IMG/VR virus record: IMGVR_UViG_3300022928_002150
Location: 31,809-95,808 of that record
From: a virus
Reading direction: 5' to 3' (one strand)
DNA length: 64,000 nt
Part shown: in pieces, positions 9,508 through 20,521 of the stretch
Position numbering within the stretch: position 1 is the first letter of the stretch
Layout of the letters: every line of letters begins with the position of its first letter
The notes under the pieces: generated by a model
The model's input: only the letters and a program-made list of their open reading frames with translations
Databases searched by the model: none
Told to the model about the DNA's origin: nothing
Program-made: the position numbers and the translations under genes

Positions 9508-12438
9508 ATGTCACAAGAACTAGGCATTAATATAGGATTAGCTTCAGAACGATATATTAGATATGATCGTGGTATTTCTTCGTCTATAAAACAGCGAGTA
9601 AGGTCTATTAATTTAGGTGGTACCTACGAAGAAAGAACCCCCGACGGTATAAATATTATAGAAGAGACCTTCTCAGCCTCTTTTTCAAATAGATCTTACG
9701 ATGAAATTACGGATTTGATCGATTTTTTTGATTCTAAAAATGGGGTCGAATCTTTTCTACTACATGTAAAAGACTCATCCAGTGTTGATGGAGCTCGTAG
9801 TGTTCCGGTTGTATGTGAAAACTATAATGTAACCTATATTAATAAAGCTATAGCAACATTGACTTGTTCTTTTATTAAAGTAGTTACTACAGAGTTTAAT
9901 GATGATATAATATACCAGAATTTAACAGAATTTACACAAGGCCAGTATACAGTATTATCCTCGACTTCTGAGGCGTATCCTGGACAAGAAATAACATTTA
10001 CTATTAATACTATTAATGTACCTAACGGGTCCGAAGTGGCTTTCCAGGTAGCGGGCGTATCAGTTAGTGATTTTACTACTGATTTTGAAACTTTTCAGGT
10101 TTTTGATGGCACTGCAAGCATAGTATTAACTCTTGAACAAAACTATCAAGGGTCTCTTCCTACTGAATTGGTATTTTCACTATCAGACTACCCTACAGCC
10201 AGTGTAACTGTGTCTATATTTGAATTATTACCTGTTGTTCCTACTTTTGAAACAACAAAACAAGGCAATTCCCCGCAGCAAATTGATATTACATTTAAAA
10301 GTGACGGACGCGTATTGTTAGACGGAGCCTTCCAGTCTTTTTGGATAAATAATCCAGATAGTTTTGATGCGAGCAACTATCAAATAAAATTTGATGAAGA
10401 TGTATCTTCAAGTACAGATGCTACCTCTTCTTCTACTCCGGTAAGTGCGATAGGGTCTTACACCTCTCTATCTTCTGATGTAACATTAAGTGTAGTAGCG
10501 AGTGCTCCCAATAATACACAGTATACGGAAATCCATAACGTATCCATAAAAGATATAGCTAGCCAGCTCGAGTATTCGGGAATATTAACTAGAATACTTA
10601 AGGGCTCTGATTTTGTTACTCCTACGTATACTCTAGAGTTGAGAAACATAGTAGAAAACACAACTGATGCATTATTTGAAGGTTCTACGGTAGAGATAGA
10701 TTTAACAAGTAACCAATATAATACGTTATTTAAGTGGGACATCACGCCAGGCACAGCAACTAGCCCCGACTATACCGGTACTATAGCAGGAGAGATAACA
10801 ACAGACGGAGCCGGATATGCACTCATAGAAGGGCCTTCATTAGTTGATGATATTGATACAAGTGATGAAGCATTTACTGTAAATTTAAGAGACTACAATA
10901 TAAACACTATTCTTGCAACTCAGCAGGTAACTATTAGGGAACTTGAAGGTGGAATAGTTGCGCCTCCAGCCCCTAAGCTGTTTTATGTAAACTTTACTAT
11001 GTACAACTCTTCCAACCCAAATAAGTCTCCAGAGGCTGGTGATGTATTGTACCCTGTTTATAGTGATGCAGGAATAGGTAATTATACTAGCTTTAGAGAG
11101 ATGACAGTAACTGATGAAACTGAGATTTATTACTATATCGGAGAGGGAGATCTTGATATAGCTGATTTTCTAGAACCTGGATTTCCGACTGCGACAAACC
11201 GTGGAACGATTACTTTAGCTCCGGGCGGGAATGTAACTGCAGGGACTGTTACTGTAAAAAATCCTATACCAGAAGATGTAACAATTAAAGTATATATTAG
11301 CACACCTAACACTCTTGCTTCAGGTACTTTTGCAATGAAATCTTTTGATCTTAAACAGCTTGCCACTGTATCGCCAGGAACTATTACATTTCCACCGTTC
11401 CCTTTTTATTTGGCCGCAGATACTACTACAGTCGCCCCAGGAGTGGGGGGTTCGGTAGGACTAACTTTTAAATTTTCGGAAACAACATTTGGCAATATTA
11501 TAACTGCTCAAGCCATCGCCGATGGTCAAAGCTATCTTCTTGCAACAGCTGTCAGCGGAACAGCTACTGACTGGTTTATATCAAGAACTTCTTCAAATAG
11601 CGTTCCTAATAATTTCACTGAAGTTGCCGGCTCATTAGGCATAAATAAAAAAGTTGCTCTTAATTTAAACCCTAAAATTAAATATAATTATGAAAGCAGT
11701 ACAGCCGGCGGGCTAGAGTCTTTCGGAGGTTTAATAAAGTTATATCATATAAGCGATCTTAACACTCCTTTAGATATACCTACTAGTCAAGATGGCGCTA
11801 CTGATTGGAACTACATATTAAGTGCAGAGGCCAAAGTAGAAAGACGTACTGTATCCACGCCCATAACCTTTAATATTAGCACTAATGTATCAGAGGCAGG
11901 ATATATACAACTAGATATATGGCTATTGAATAACGGGACCTTAGTCGCAAAAGCAATCTATGACTACTTAACATTACCCACTAGCGAAATAGCACGCCAA
12001 TTGGGTGTACCTTGGGATTCCGATCCAGACGCGGGGATCAACAGTACTCTTTCTCAGGGTAATGACTTTAGAATAGTATCTACCAGTGCTAATGTTAGTG
12101 ATACTGAAGTTACTAGGCAGGCTAGTGCAAATACTAAATCTCTATATACTCCTCCTGCTTCGAACCTTGCCTTCCCCTCTCAGCTTCCACACTTAAGTTA
12201 TAGATTTACAATGAATCCAACAATATCTGAGGCTAGAAGCGCCAAAGTATCGGACGTGCTTACAATAGATAGTGCTTCTTACGGTGCTGCTAATACGGTA
12301 CAGTTTGTAGTAAATTTTAGGCAAAACGAATTAAGTACAGTAGACGACTCAAGTACACCAGCGTCTACTCCCACCACCGACACAAGTCAGGCGGCCGGAT
12401 TTACAGTATCAACCCCGACAAACACAGGACTAGGATAA
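9508..12438 (+). CDS. gpM-like domain fused to long beta-rich (Ig-like) extension
   Basis: N-terminal ~125 aa aligns by eye with the two upstream gpM-like proteins; rest is S/T-rich beta domains. Confidence 0.6.
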   Translation: MSQELGINIGLASERYIRYDRGISSSIKQRVRSINLGGTYEERTPDGINIIEETFSASFSNRSYDEITDLIDFFDSKNGVESFLLHVKDSSSVDGARSVPVVCENYNVTYINKAIATLTCSFIKVVTTEFNDDIIYQNLTEFTQGQYTVLSSTSEAYPGQEITFTINTINVPNGSEVAFQVAGVSVSDFTTDFETFQVFDGTASIVLTLEQNYQGSLPTELVFSLSDYPTASVTVSIFELLPVVPTFETTKQGNSPQQIDITFKSDGRVLLDGAFQSFWINNPDSFDASNYQIKFDEDVSSSTDATSSSTPVSAIGSYTSLSSDVTLSVVASAPNNTQYTEIHNVSIKDIASQLEYSGILTRILKGSDFVTPTYTLELRNIVENTTDALFEGSTVEIDLTSNQYNTLFKWDITPGTATSPDYTGTIAGEITTDGAGYALIEGPSLVDDIDTSDEAFTVNLRDYNINTILATQQVTIRELEGGIVAPPAPKLFYVNFTMYNSSNPNKSPEAGDVLYPVYSDAGIGNYTSFREMTVTDETEIYYYIGEGDLDIADFLEPGFPTATNRGTITLAPGGNVTAGTVTVKNPIPEDVTIKVYISTPNTLASGTFAMKSFDLKQLATVSPGTITFPPFPFYLAADTTTVAPGVGGSVGLTFKFSETTFGNIITAQAIADGQSYLLATAVSGTATDWFISRTSSNSVPNNFTEVAGSLGINKKVALNLNPKIKYNYESSTAGGLESFGGLIKLYHISDLNTPLDIPTSQDGATDWNYILSAEAKVERRTVSTPITFNISTNVSEAGYIQLDIWLLNNGTLVAKAIYDYLTLPTSEIARQLGVPWDSDPDAGINSTLSQGNDFRIVSTSANVSDTEVTRQASANTKSLYTPPASNLAFPSQLPHLSYRFTMNPTISEARSAKVSDVLTIDSASYGAANTVQFVVNFRQNELSTVDDSSTPASTPTTDTSQAAGFTVSTPTNTGLG

Positions 12439-12444
12439 GACAAA

Positions 12445-13557
12445 ATGACAAACATCATAGCAACAGATGTACAAGGTACTGAAGTAAATACAGGTATTGT
12501 TGAACTTTACGAGCTTTACCTTTCTAATAGTGATAACGACGATCCTTTCTGCTTTCATGCTGGAGTTGACTATTCGTTACGAGAATTACAATTTTATAAT
12601 GCACGAAATCCTAACAAAGTAAATATTTATACTCCTATACCAGTTAAAATGGAAGGACTTAATATTGCAAGTGATGGTGCCTCTTCAAGACCCACTATAA
12701 CTATAGCAAATGTAGAACAGGTATTTACATCTACAATAGAAAGTGCTACCGGCAAATATCTAAGGTTTAGAGACCTAGTAGGTTTAAAACTAGTTAAAAG
12801 ACAAACTTTGGAAAAATATTTGATAGGGCAGCCCTCTACTTCAAATGTGGAATTTCCTATACAAAGCTACTATATAGATAGGGTAAAAGAGGAAACAAAT
12901 ACAGAAATACAATTTGAACTAGCAGCACCATATGACTTAGAGAATATACAAATACCTGCAAGAGTGATTATAGGAAAATTCTGTCCTTGGATTTATCAAG
13001 GCCACGCTCTAGATAGGGTAGGAGGCTGTTACTGGCCTGCTAATAACGAGAAGATAGGAGCTGCAGGTTCCATTCCTATTTTTCTTAATGTCTATGATGA
13101 GCCTTTAATAGAATTAGCTGCACTTACATCAGTTAGTGCCTTTTCGGCAAACACAACCTATGCTATTGATAGTATTGTAACGTTCAATGGGGATTACTAC
13201 AGGGCTGAGACTTTGGCCGTCGGAGGCACTCCAGACGACAATAGAGGCTTTTGGCAGATTATAAGAACCTGGACCCTATGGGAGGATGAACAATCATATA
13301 ATGCTGGTGACTATGTTAGATACGGAAATAATATATGGCGGTGTAGTACCTCTCACGAATCATCTCTTGCCGAGGGGAGGATACCCACTACGAATAGTAG
13401 GTGGTGGTCTAGAGAAGATTATTGTGGAAAAACTTTAAAATCCTGCAAAGCCAGATTTCAGGCTTCTGCAACAGCAAACGGAGTAGTATCTGCTCGCAGA
13501 AATACTACTGTAAAATTACCTTTTGGAGCGTTCCCAGGCAGTGCAAAATTTAGCTAA
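12445..13557 (+). CDS. Lambda gpL-like tail tip protein with carbohydrate-binding-like inserts
   Basis: VELYEL, P.ITIAN, FELA, four Cys (CPWIY..GGC..DYCGK...C), LPFGAFPG end. Confidence 0.85.
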   Translation: MTNIIATDVQGTEVNTGIVELYELYLSNSDNDDPFCFHAGVDYSLRELQFYNARNPNKVNIYTPIPVKMEGLNIASDGASSRPTITIANVEQVFTSTIESATGKYLRFRDLVGLKLVKRQTLEKYLIGQPSTSNVEFPIQSYYIDRVKEETNTEIQFELAAPYDLENIQIPARVIIGKFCPWIYQGHALDRVGGCYWPANNEKIGAAGSIPIFLNVYDEPLIELAALTSVSAFSANTTYAIDSIVTFNGDYYRAETLAVGGTPDDNRGFWQIIRTWTLWEDEQSYNAGDYVRYGNNIWRCSTSHESSLAEGRIPTTNSRWWSREDYCGKTLKSCKARFQASATANGVVSARRNTTVKLPFGAFPGSAKFS

Positions 13558-14257
13558 CCATTTAATAGATATAGAAACCCACTTTAGAGAAGAGTACCCT
13601 AAAGAGGGTTGTGGACTTTTAGGTATAAAAACGGGACAATTACATTGGTTACCGTGTACAAACCATGCCACTACAAACACAGATTTTCAAATGGACTCTG
13701 TTCAATATTTGAAATACAGTATGGAGTACACTATAGTAGGAATAGTACATAGCCACCCAGACTTAGACTCAACTCCATCGGAGACAGATATAAAAGTTTG
13801 CAATGCGGTATCTATACCTTATTATATTTTTGGCTATCCTGATATGGATCTAACTGTATTAACACCCGAACACGATAATACTGAGTTATATGGTAGAAGT
13901 TATGAGTTTGGAGTTACAGATTGTTTTGAAGCAATGAGAGATTATCTAAAATCTGTTAATATAGAGTTAAAGCCAAGAATTCTATTTGAGGCTAACTGGT
14001 GGGAAAAAGATGAAAAAATAGACTACTTTAGCCCTGAAGTAATAAAAAACTGGGGAGGAATAGAAGTTCCTCTTAATGAAGCTCAGGAAAATGATGTTTT
14101 TATATTCTCAGTATATTCTGACGTTGCCAACCACTGCGCAGTATATCTAGGTAATGATATTATTTTTCACCATGCTGAGAACAGATTATCAACAAAAGAA
14201 AATTTATACCCATACTGGGCTAAATTTCTAACAGGAGTATATAGATATGAAACGTAA
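13541..14257 (+). CDS. Lambda gpK-like tail tip assembly protein (JAB + NlpC/P60)
   Basis: EGCG, HSHP...PS..D JAB motif; DC...H NlpC motif. Confidence 0.9.
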   Translation: MQNLANHLIDIETHFREEYPKEGCGLLGIKTGQLHWLPCTNHATTNTDFQMDSVQYLKYSMEYTIVGIVHSHPDLDSTPSETDIKVCNAVSIPYYIFGYPDMDLTVLTPEHDNTELYGRSYEFGVTDCFEAMRDYLKSVNIELKPRILFEANWWEKDEKIDYFSPEVIKNWGGIEVPLNEAQENDVFIFSVYSDVANHCAVYLGNDIIFHHAENRLSTKENLYPYWAKFLTGVYRYET

Positions 14258-14897
14258 AATACATCTACAAGGCGAGCTTAAGCATTTATATGTAGATAGT
14301 ATACTCGCCGATGTTAGTTCGGTACACGAAGCCATTAAACTACTAGAAGCAAATTTTCCTAGCATTAGAAGGTATTTCTTAGATTGCCATGAAAAAGGAA
14401 TAGGATTCGAGATAATAGATGGATCAAAAGTTTTAGAAGAAGAAAGTGATTTAGTGGTTGATCTTAGCTCTACAGATTTATATTTAATCCCCGTAGTTTC
14501 GGGCTCTAGTGGTGGTGTTGGTAAAATATTTACTGCCATATTGCTTGTAGCACTCGCATTTACTCCCATAGGGGGTATTGCTATTTTAGGCACCACACTT
14601 GGCTCAATTTTAGTGGGTGTTGCTGTTAATCTTGCTTTAACTGGTATAGCAGAGATTTTAGCTCCAGATCCTTCTGTCGATGCCTCTGCTCCGCAAGCAT
14701 ACTTATTTAGTGGGTCTGAGCAAAATATTATAGAGGGAGATCCTGTGCCTGTTCTATATGGACAACTAGAAATTCCTGGCAGACCCATAAGTTTTTCTGT
14801 AATTAATTCTGCCGCTAAAAATAGTAACAGCCAGAGCTTCTCTGATTCGACCATAGATCCAGATGGAAGCATAAGTATTGTTGGAGGGGCTCCCTAA
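14247..14897 (+). CDS. Lambda gpI-like tail assembly protein
   Basis: Ubiquitin-like N-terminus, hydrophobic segment, G.PVPVLYG. Confidence 0.85.
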   Translation: MKRKIHLQGELKHLYVDSILADVSSVHEAIKLLEANFPSIRRYFLDCHEKGIGFEIIDGSKVLEEESDLVVDLSSTDLYLIPVVSGSSGGVGKIFTAILLVALAFTPIGGIAILGTTLGSILVGVAVNLALTGIAEILAPDPSVDASAPQAYLFSGSEQNIIEGDPVPVLYGQLEIPGRPISFSVINSAAKNSNSQSFSDSTIDPDGSISIVGGAP

Positions 14898-17800
14898 TGA
14901 GTGCAAGAGACCAAAAAATAGCAGATAAAAATAGAGGCGTACTTAGCACTTCGTTTAGACCTGATAGGTCACAGATAGTAAATATTACTGATATGCTATC
15001 GGAGGGCCCAATTGAAGGCTTGGTTAATGGCGAAGGGTCTATAAAGTTAAATAAAGACCCGATTAAAGATATATTAGTTGAAGGTACTATAGCTACCAGC
15101 AGTTACACTCTTATTAAAGATGGTTCTCCTAGGGATGGTGTTATTACTCCTGCTATATACACAGATGCTATACCAGGAATTACAAAGACAGCAATTCAAA
15201 TTCAAGTAAATAATGCCTATGATAGTAATGTTGGCACAAGTGCCCTTATATTTCCAGGAGGCATGGCACAAGCGCAATCCTCTTTTAAGCCCTATATAGA
15301 ACTAGATACTACTATCAGCTTTGCTTTCCCTAGCTGGATTAATAATGTTCGCATAGTAAAACAGTACTCTATGAGGTTGGCTCGTGAAGATTCTCCAAAA
15401 ACATATTTAAAGGGCAAATTTGAAAGATACTCTGATACAACTGGAAGATTTTATTTCAAGGATACAAATACTTCACTTATACAAGTATTTTTAGATGAAG
15501 CCGAGGAGGCAGGGTCTCAGTTAAAACTACAACTAGATTATGACAATACTGTTATAGCCTCTCTTAACGATACGAATGTACTATTTGTTGCAGATTGGGA
15601 TTTAGGCCCAGGAAACTTTAGTAATATAACGATCACTAGAATACTAGCGGGTAGAGGCAACGCTTCTGTTAGTGCGGGTTCAAAGTATAAAAGTGTATCT
15701 ACTCAGTTTAGGCCAGGTACGTTTGAACAAGAGCCTATGCTTAATTATGGGAATTCTACAGGGGTATCTTTTGCTCAAGGCCCTTCTTTCCAGAACCAAG
15801 CATTAGAATTCTGGGATGTTTTAAGTCAGGAATATAAAGATTTAGTAGAAGTAGGAGGGGATACTTCTGGTCTTAATCTGAATAATGTTAATCCTGTATC
15901 TTTTAGAGCCACGTCTCCTACGGGATTTGGTCTAACATATGAACAAGCTCCAGAAGTTGATGAGATTAGATTTACTTTCTCATATAATTCTTTGTACACT
16001 TACCATGCAAAAGACAATGATTATAAAGATGCGGGCGTTTTCTATAATACAAAGCTCAAGTTGTATAGAGGGGCAGATATTTCAGAAGTAAATCTTCGAG
16101 CAGGAGATACCCAGCTATTACACTCAGCGGGAAAGAATGGCTCTAGAGGCCCCCTTTTAATTGAGGAGAGGGTATGGTTGGAGCCTTTTAAGCCTTTTGA
16201 CGATTTTGAATTAATTATTGAAAGAACTACTCGACAAGAGGGAAGAGGCGTGTATCCTAGTGGAAAGAATAGCGGAAGAAGCACAACAATGCACGCATCG
16301 TCTGCCATTACTAATATATCTTCTATTATTAAAGAACCCCTGAACTACCCCTACACTGCGTATGCTAATGTACGATTCGATAGTACGGAATTTACATCTG
16401 CTCCTCAGCGAACGTATGAATTAAGGGGTATGAGAGTTAAAATTCCTTCAAATTACAGCACCCGAGAAGAAAATAATACTGATGTTGCAACCTATGAAGG
16501 CCTCTGGGATGGTAGTTTTAGGACTGAATTAACTTATACCGATAATCCAGCTTGGGTTTTCTATGATCTAGTTACAAATAACAGGTATGGATTAGGGGGT
16601 TGGATAAAGGATACTGATATAGATAAGTATGCTTTGTATAGAATTGCAAAATATTGCGATGATTTAGTGCCTGATGGTAAAGGTGGATTAGAGCCTAGGT
16701 ATAGAGCTAACCTCTATCTTACTAAAGCGGTTGATGCCTATAAACTTCTTAAAGACATAGCGTCTATATTTGTAGGTCTAGTTTATTGGCTAGATGGAAA
16801 AGTTACTCCTATTGCTGATCAGGCGTCTTGGCCTGTATATACTTTTACAGCCTCCAACGTAGTAGACGGTAAATTTAATTATACTGGTACAGGGGCTAAA
16901 ACACGACCAAACCAGATAGTTATAGGATATAATAATCCAGATAAAGACTATATAATAGACCCTATTATTGTAGAGGACAGAACCCGTATATCTCAAGAAA
17001 ATAGAGTACAATCAAAGTACGTTAATGCTTTTGGAGCTACTAGTGAGGGACAGGCGCAGAGATATGGAAGATATAAATTATGGACTAGTAATTATCAAAC
17101 AGAGCTTGTAAGCTTTAAAACTTCTTTAAATGCAGCTTTTATTAGGCCGGGAGATGTAATACAAGTACAAGATCAAGCCAGGGATAGACTTATTTCCAGC
17201 GGTAGGGTAAGTGCTGCCACATCTACTACTATTACTTTAGACAGGAAAGTACCTTTACAAGACGATATAACATACTCTTTATATGGGCTTATAACAACTA
17301 GTGCAGCTTTTTGTGCGCAAACAACCGCTGAAATTGATGGTGTTGTATATAATAACGCAGAGGTATTACCATTAGAACTATATGTCGATGAAACTACCGC
17401 ATCTAATATATTAGATGATTCTGGTGTTCCTGTAACTGTAAGGTGGGCACCTTATACATTTATGGAAGAACGTAGTATAGACTATGCAACAACTACTGGA
17501 GGAGTAGCAGGGTCGTATGATGTAGTTACTATTACTAGCCCATTTACGGCTTCTTTAATTCCTTCAAGTATATGGTCTATCGCTCAACTAAATACAGAAT
17601 ACCAGCTTGACATTATCGGAAGTCCTCGTCTTTACAAAATTTTATCTATGTCGCAAGAAGATGTGAATATATACTCGATTACTGCAGTCGAACATTATAA
17701 TGAGAAATATGAAGATGTAGAAAGCGGGTTTGATATTTATCAAGCTGATAGATTTGATCCTCCGATAGAGAGGGCGGCCTTACGAGTACCTGCCCCTACT

Positions 17801-20521
17801 GCGATTTATGTTGCACAAGACTCTGATTTCAGAACAAGAGCAGATGAAGTAATTGTTAAATGGCTTCCCCCTATAGTAGATGGCGAAGAGTATCAGTATC
17901 TAGCTGGATACAAAATTAGTCATAATATACCTGGAGCACCTAATCCTATATTTACAGAGAAGGGGCTAGATGCGTACTCGTTTACTGGTTTATCGGAAGG
18001 TACGTATCAAATAGGGGTTCAAACCATTAGTACTTTAGGTACTAGCTCAACTATGACTACAGTTACTTATGCTTTAAATGACCCCTTCTCCCTTTTAATA
18101 CAACGACTGGCGGATGGAGTAGGCGTAGGAGGCACTAGTTTAAAAAGTCCTTTTATAACTGCTGGAGCAACACCAACATTTAAATTTAACTCCCCTCAAG
18201 AACTTATTGTATTTCCTTCAGCAGCGCCCGAATTACCGTTGTTGATATCAAATACAGACACGCTAGACTTGACTTCGACAGGAATAGAAGAGGATAAAAC
18301 ATATTATGTTTTAGCCAAAAGCGGTGGCGCTTTACAACCGGATGACGATAGTAGTGTCGCTAGAAATGGATCATTGAAGTTGATTGATTTTTACACTGAG
18401 GGAGGATTTTGGTATGATGTTATAGATACTGCAGGAGTTCCTGCCGATAATTTTTCTAATACTTCTCTGACTTCTCCCAGCGCTATATCTATTAAAAGAG
18501 GTGAGGTGTATTTACAAGGAACTGGCACAAGCTTCTCTTCCGAAATAGAGGCTAGAGATTATATAAGAATTATAGATACAAACAGCTCTGAAGTAGTGCA
18601 TGACGCTAAGGTTTTAGCAGTAATATCAGATGAATTATTAATCTTAAATAATCCAGCAACTTCTAATTATGATACAGGGTACGAAATAAAAAAATCTAGT
18701 CTTAACTTTCTTTTTGAAGAAGATACTGTAGTTGCTAGTGTGCGTAAAAGTTCTGCAACTAGTGAGTGGACCATTGTTAATTATTTAACCAATGACCCAG
18801 ATGTCGATAAAGCACGTCTAGTAAACATTATCAAGGATGGTGGAGATGCCATAGAATATGATGTTACCGGTACTGCTTTAAGTGACCAGGTTGTTCTTAA
18901 CATTGATACTACGGGATACACTAACCCCATAGTTACAGTTACTGGAGACGCTTTTAATTCTTTAGACGAAAGCGAAGATACTGTAGGTACTGCCGGGGAT
19001 AATCAGACAAGAACTTTTACTCTATCTGATACTTCCTATGACGCTAGTACTTTAGAGTTTAATGTATCTATAGTAGAGGGCGGAGACCCCGATAATGTTA
19101 CGACTGCAATTGATACTAACTATTATATTAAAAAACAGTATGATGCTAGTAGTTTTATAAGGTTCGAAGACTTAGAAGTTACTGTAGCAACAGCTTCCGG
19201 TACAGGTAATTTAACGTATGATGATGCGGGATTGTTTACATATACTCCTCCAGCCATAAGCACACCTGCAATACTAAGTAATGGAACTAACCCTTCTTTA
19301 AATACAAATATTACAGATTTAGAGATTCGTACTTTAATAGGGGCAGGAACATCTAACTTAGCTCTGGGAACTACAGCGGGTACGGCTTTGGAAGGAGATA
19401 CAGCTCTTCTTCAATTGGGAACTACAGCTGGTACAGCTTTAGCTGGAGATACCGCTCTTCTTCAATTGGGAACTACAGCGGGTACGGCTTTGGAAGGAGA
19501 TACAGCTCTTCTTGAATTGGGAACTACAGCTGGTACGGCTTTAGCTGGAGATACAGCTCTTCTTCAATTGGGAACTACAGCTGGTACGGCTTTAGCTGGA
19601 GATACAGCTCTTCTTCAATTGGGAACTACCAGTACAACGGCTTTAGCTGGAGATACAGTACTGACTACAACTTTACTTTCTTTAACTGATGTTGGGGCAG
19701 ATGGTACTAGTGGACAAGTGTTAACTACTGATGGTAATGGGTCTTTTACTTTTGAAGATGCCGAAGGAGGGGTCACAACTGAAACAGATCCAATATTTAA
19801 TGCACACACTACTAGTAATATTTCAGACGGTACCGGGTTTTTAAAAAACACTGCAGGTACTTGGAGCTATGATAATAGTACATATTTAACTACGGAAACT
19901 TCTCATGCGGATGTAGTTGTAGATGGTGACTTTACTTCGCAAGGGTTCATGGTAAGGGGTGCTAGTGCGGGAACTTATTCGATTGATAATACTACGTACT
20001 TAGGCAATATTGTAGAAGATGTAACTCCTCAACTGGGGGCAAATTTAGATGGACAAACTTTTAATATAACTACCACGGGAGATCTTAGTGCTACGGATAT
20101 AACAGCTACTAAAGGTTTATACGTAGGAAACTCTACAGCTACTTTTTCACAAGATGACATTAGAGCAGAAGGAAATATCTATGCGTATTGGTCTTCGGAT
20201 ATTAATATGAAAACTGACATTCATCCTATGGAAAACGCCCTTTCGAAAGTAATGAATATTAGTGGCGTTAACTTTAATTGGAAAGATAAAACTATTCAAG
20301 ACAGGGGCGGGGAAGACGGCTACTTTGTTAAAAAGAGAGACGTTGGAATTATCGCACAGGAAGTAGAAAAAGTCTTACCCGAAGTAGTAAGTACCCGTAA
20401 GGATGGTACTCTAGCAGTACGATACGAAGGGCTTGTACCTTTGCTCATCGAAGCAATTAAGGATCTCGAGAAAAAAGTAAGACGTTTGGAGGGTAAAGAT
20501 GCCGAATATACCGAAGACTAG
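14897..20521 (+). CDS. Lambda gpJ-like central tail tip/host specificity protein fused to fibre and peptidase S74 chaperone
   Basis: SEGPIEGLV, YPYTA, TDNPAW.FYD, RYGLG, EPRY; FN3-like region; C-terminal SD..K...GIIAQEVE.VLPEVV...Y..LVPLLIEAIK. Confidence 0.9.
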   Translation: MSARDQKIADKNRGVLSTSFRPDRSQIVNITDMLSEGPIEGLVNGEGSIKLNKDPIKDILVEGTIATSSYTLIKDGSPRDGVITPAIYTDAIPGITKTAIQIQVNNAYDSNVGTSALIFPGGMAQAQSSFKPYIELDTTISFAFPSWINNVRIVKQYSMRLAREDSPKTYLKGKFERYSDTTGRFYFKDTNTSLIQVFLDEAEEAGSQLKLQLDYDNTVIASLNDTNVLFVADWDLGPGNFSNITITRILAGRGNASVSAGSKYKSVSTQFRPGTFEQEPMLNYGNSTGVSFAQGPSFQNQALEFWDVLSQEYKDLVEVGGDTSGLNLNNVNPVSFRATSPTGFGLTYEQAPEVDEIRFTFSYNSLYTYHAKDNDYKDAGVFYNTKLKLYRGADISEVNLRAGDTQLLHSAGKNGSRGPLLIEERVWLEPFKPFDDFELIIERTTRQEGRGVYPSGKNSGRSTTMHASSAITNISSIIKEPLNYPYTAYANVRFDSTEFTSAPQRTYELRGMRVKIPSNYSTREENNTDVATYEGLWDGSFRTELTYTDNPAWVFYDLVTNNRYGLGGWIKDTDIDKYALYRIAKYCDDLVPDGKGGLEPRYRANLYLTKAVDAYKLLKDIASIFVGLVYWLDGKVTPIADQASWPVYTFTASNVVDGKFNYTGTGAKTRPNQIVIGYNNPDKDYIIDPIIVEDRTRISQENRVQSKYVNAFGATSEGQAQRYGRYKLWTSNYQTELVSFKTSLNAAFIRPGDVIQVQDQARDRLISSGRVSAATSTTITLDRKVPLQDDITYSLYGLITTSAAFCAQTTAEIDGVVYNNAEVLPLELYVDETTASNILDDSGVPVTVRWAPYTFMEERSIDYATTTGGVAGSYDVVTITSPFTASLIPSSIWSIAQLNTEYQLDIIGSPRLYKILSMSQEDVNIYSITAVEHYNEKYEDVESGFDIYQADRFDPPIERAALRVPAPTAIYVAQDSDFRTRADEVIVKWLPPIVDGEEYQYLAGYKISHNIPGAPNPIFTEKGLDAYSFTGLSEGTYQIGVQTISTLGTSSTMTTVTYALNDPFSLLIQRLADGVGVGGTSLKSPFITAGATPTFKFNSPQELIVFPSAAPELPLLISNTDTLDLTSTGIEEDKTYYVLAKSGGALQPDDDSSVARNGSLKLIDFYTEGGFWYDVIDTAGVPADNFSNTSLTSPSAISIKRGEVYLQGTGTSFSSEIEARDYIRIIDTNSSEVVHDAKVLAVISDELLILNNPATSNYDTGYEIKKSSLNFLFEEDTVVASVRKSSATSEWTIVNYLTNDPDVDKARLVNIIKDGGDAIEYDVTGTALSDQVVLNIDTTGYTNPIVTVTGDAFNSLDESEDTVGTAGDNQTRTFTLSDTSYDASTLEFNVSIVEGGDPDNVTTAIDTNYYIKKQYDASSFIRFEDLEVTVATASGTGNLTYDDAGLFTYTPPAISTPAILSNGTNPSLNTNITDLEIRTLIGAGTSNLALGTTAGTALEGDTALLQLGTTAGTALAGDTALLQLGTTAGTALEGDTALLELGTTAGTALAGDTALLQLGTTAGTALAGDTALLQLGTTSTTALAGDTVLTTTLLSLTDVGADGTSGQVLTTDGNGSFTFEDAEGGVTTETDPIFNAHTTSNISDGTGFLKNTAGTWSYDNSTYLTTETSHADVVVDGDFTSQGFMVRGASAGTYSIDNTTYLGNIVEDVTPQLGANLDGQTFNITTTGDLSATDITATKGLYVGNSTATFSQDDIRAEGNIYAYWSSDINMKTDIHPMENALSKVMNISGVNFNWKDKTIQDRGGEDGYFVKKRDVGIIAQEVEKVLPEVVSTRKDGTLAVRYEGLVPLLIEAIKDLEKKVRRLEGKDAEYTED
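19364..19669 (+). repeat. Six tandem 51-bp (17-aa) repeats in fibre region
   Basis: LGTTAGTAL(A/E)GDTALL(Q/E) x5 plus one diverged copy, near-identical DNA. Confidence 0.95.

Noticed and set aside
19364-19669. CRISPR array or DGR repeat
   Set aside because: Head-to-tail in-frame coding repeats with no spacers; no cas or reverse transcriptase gene
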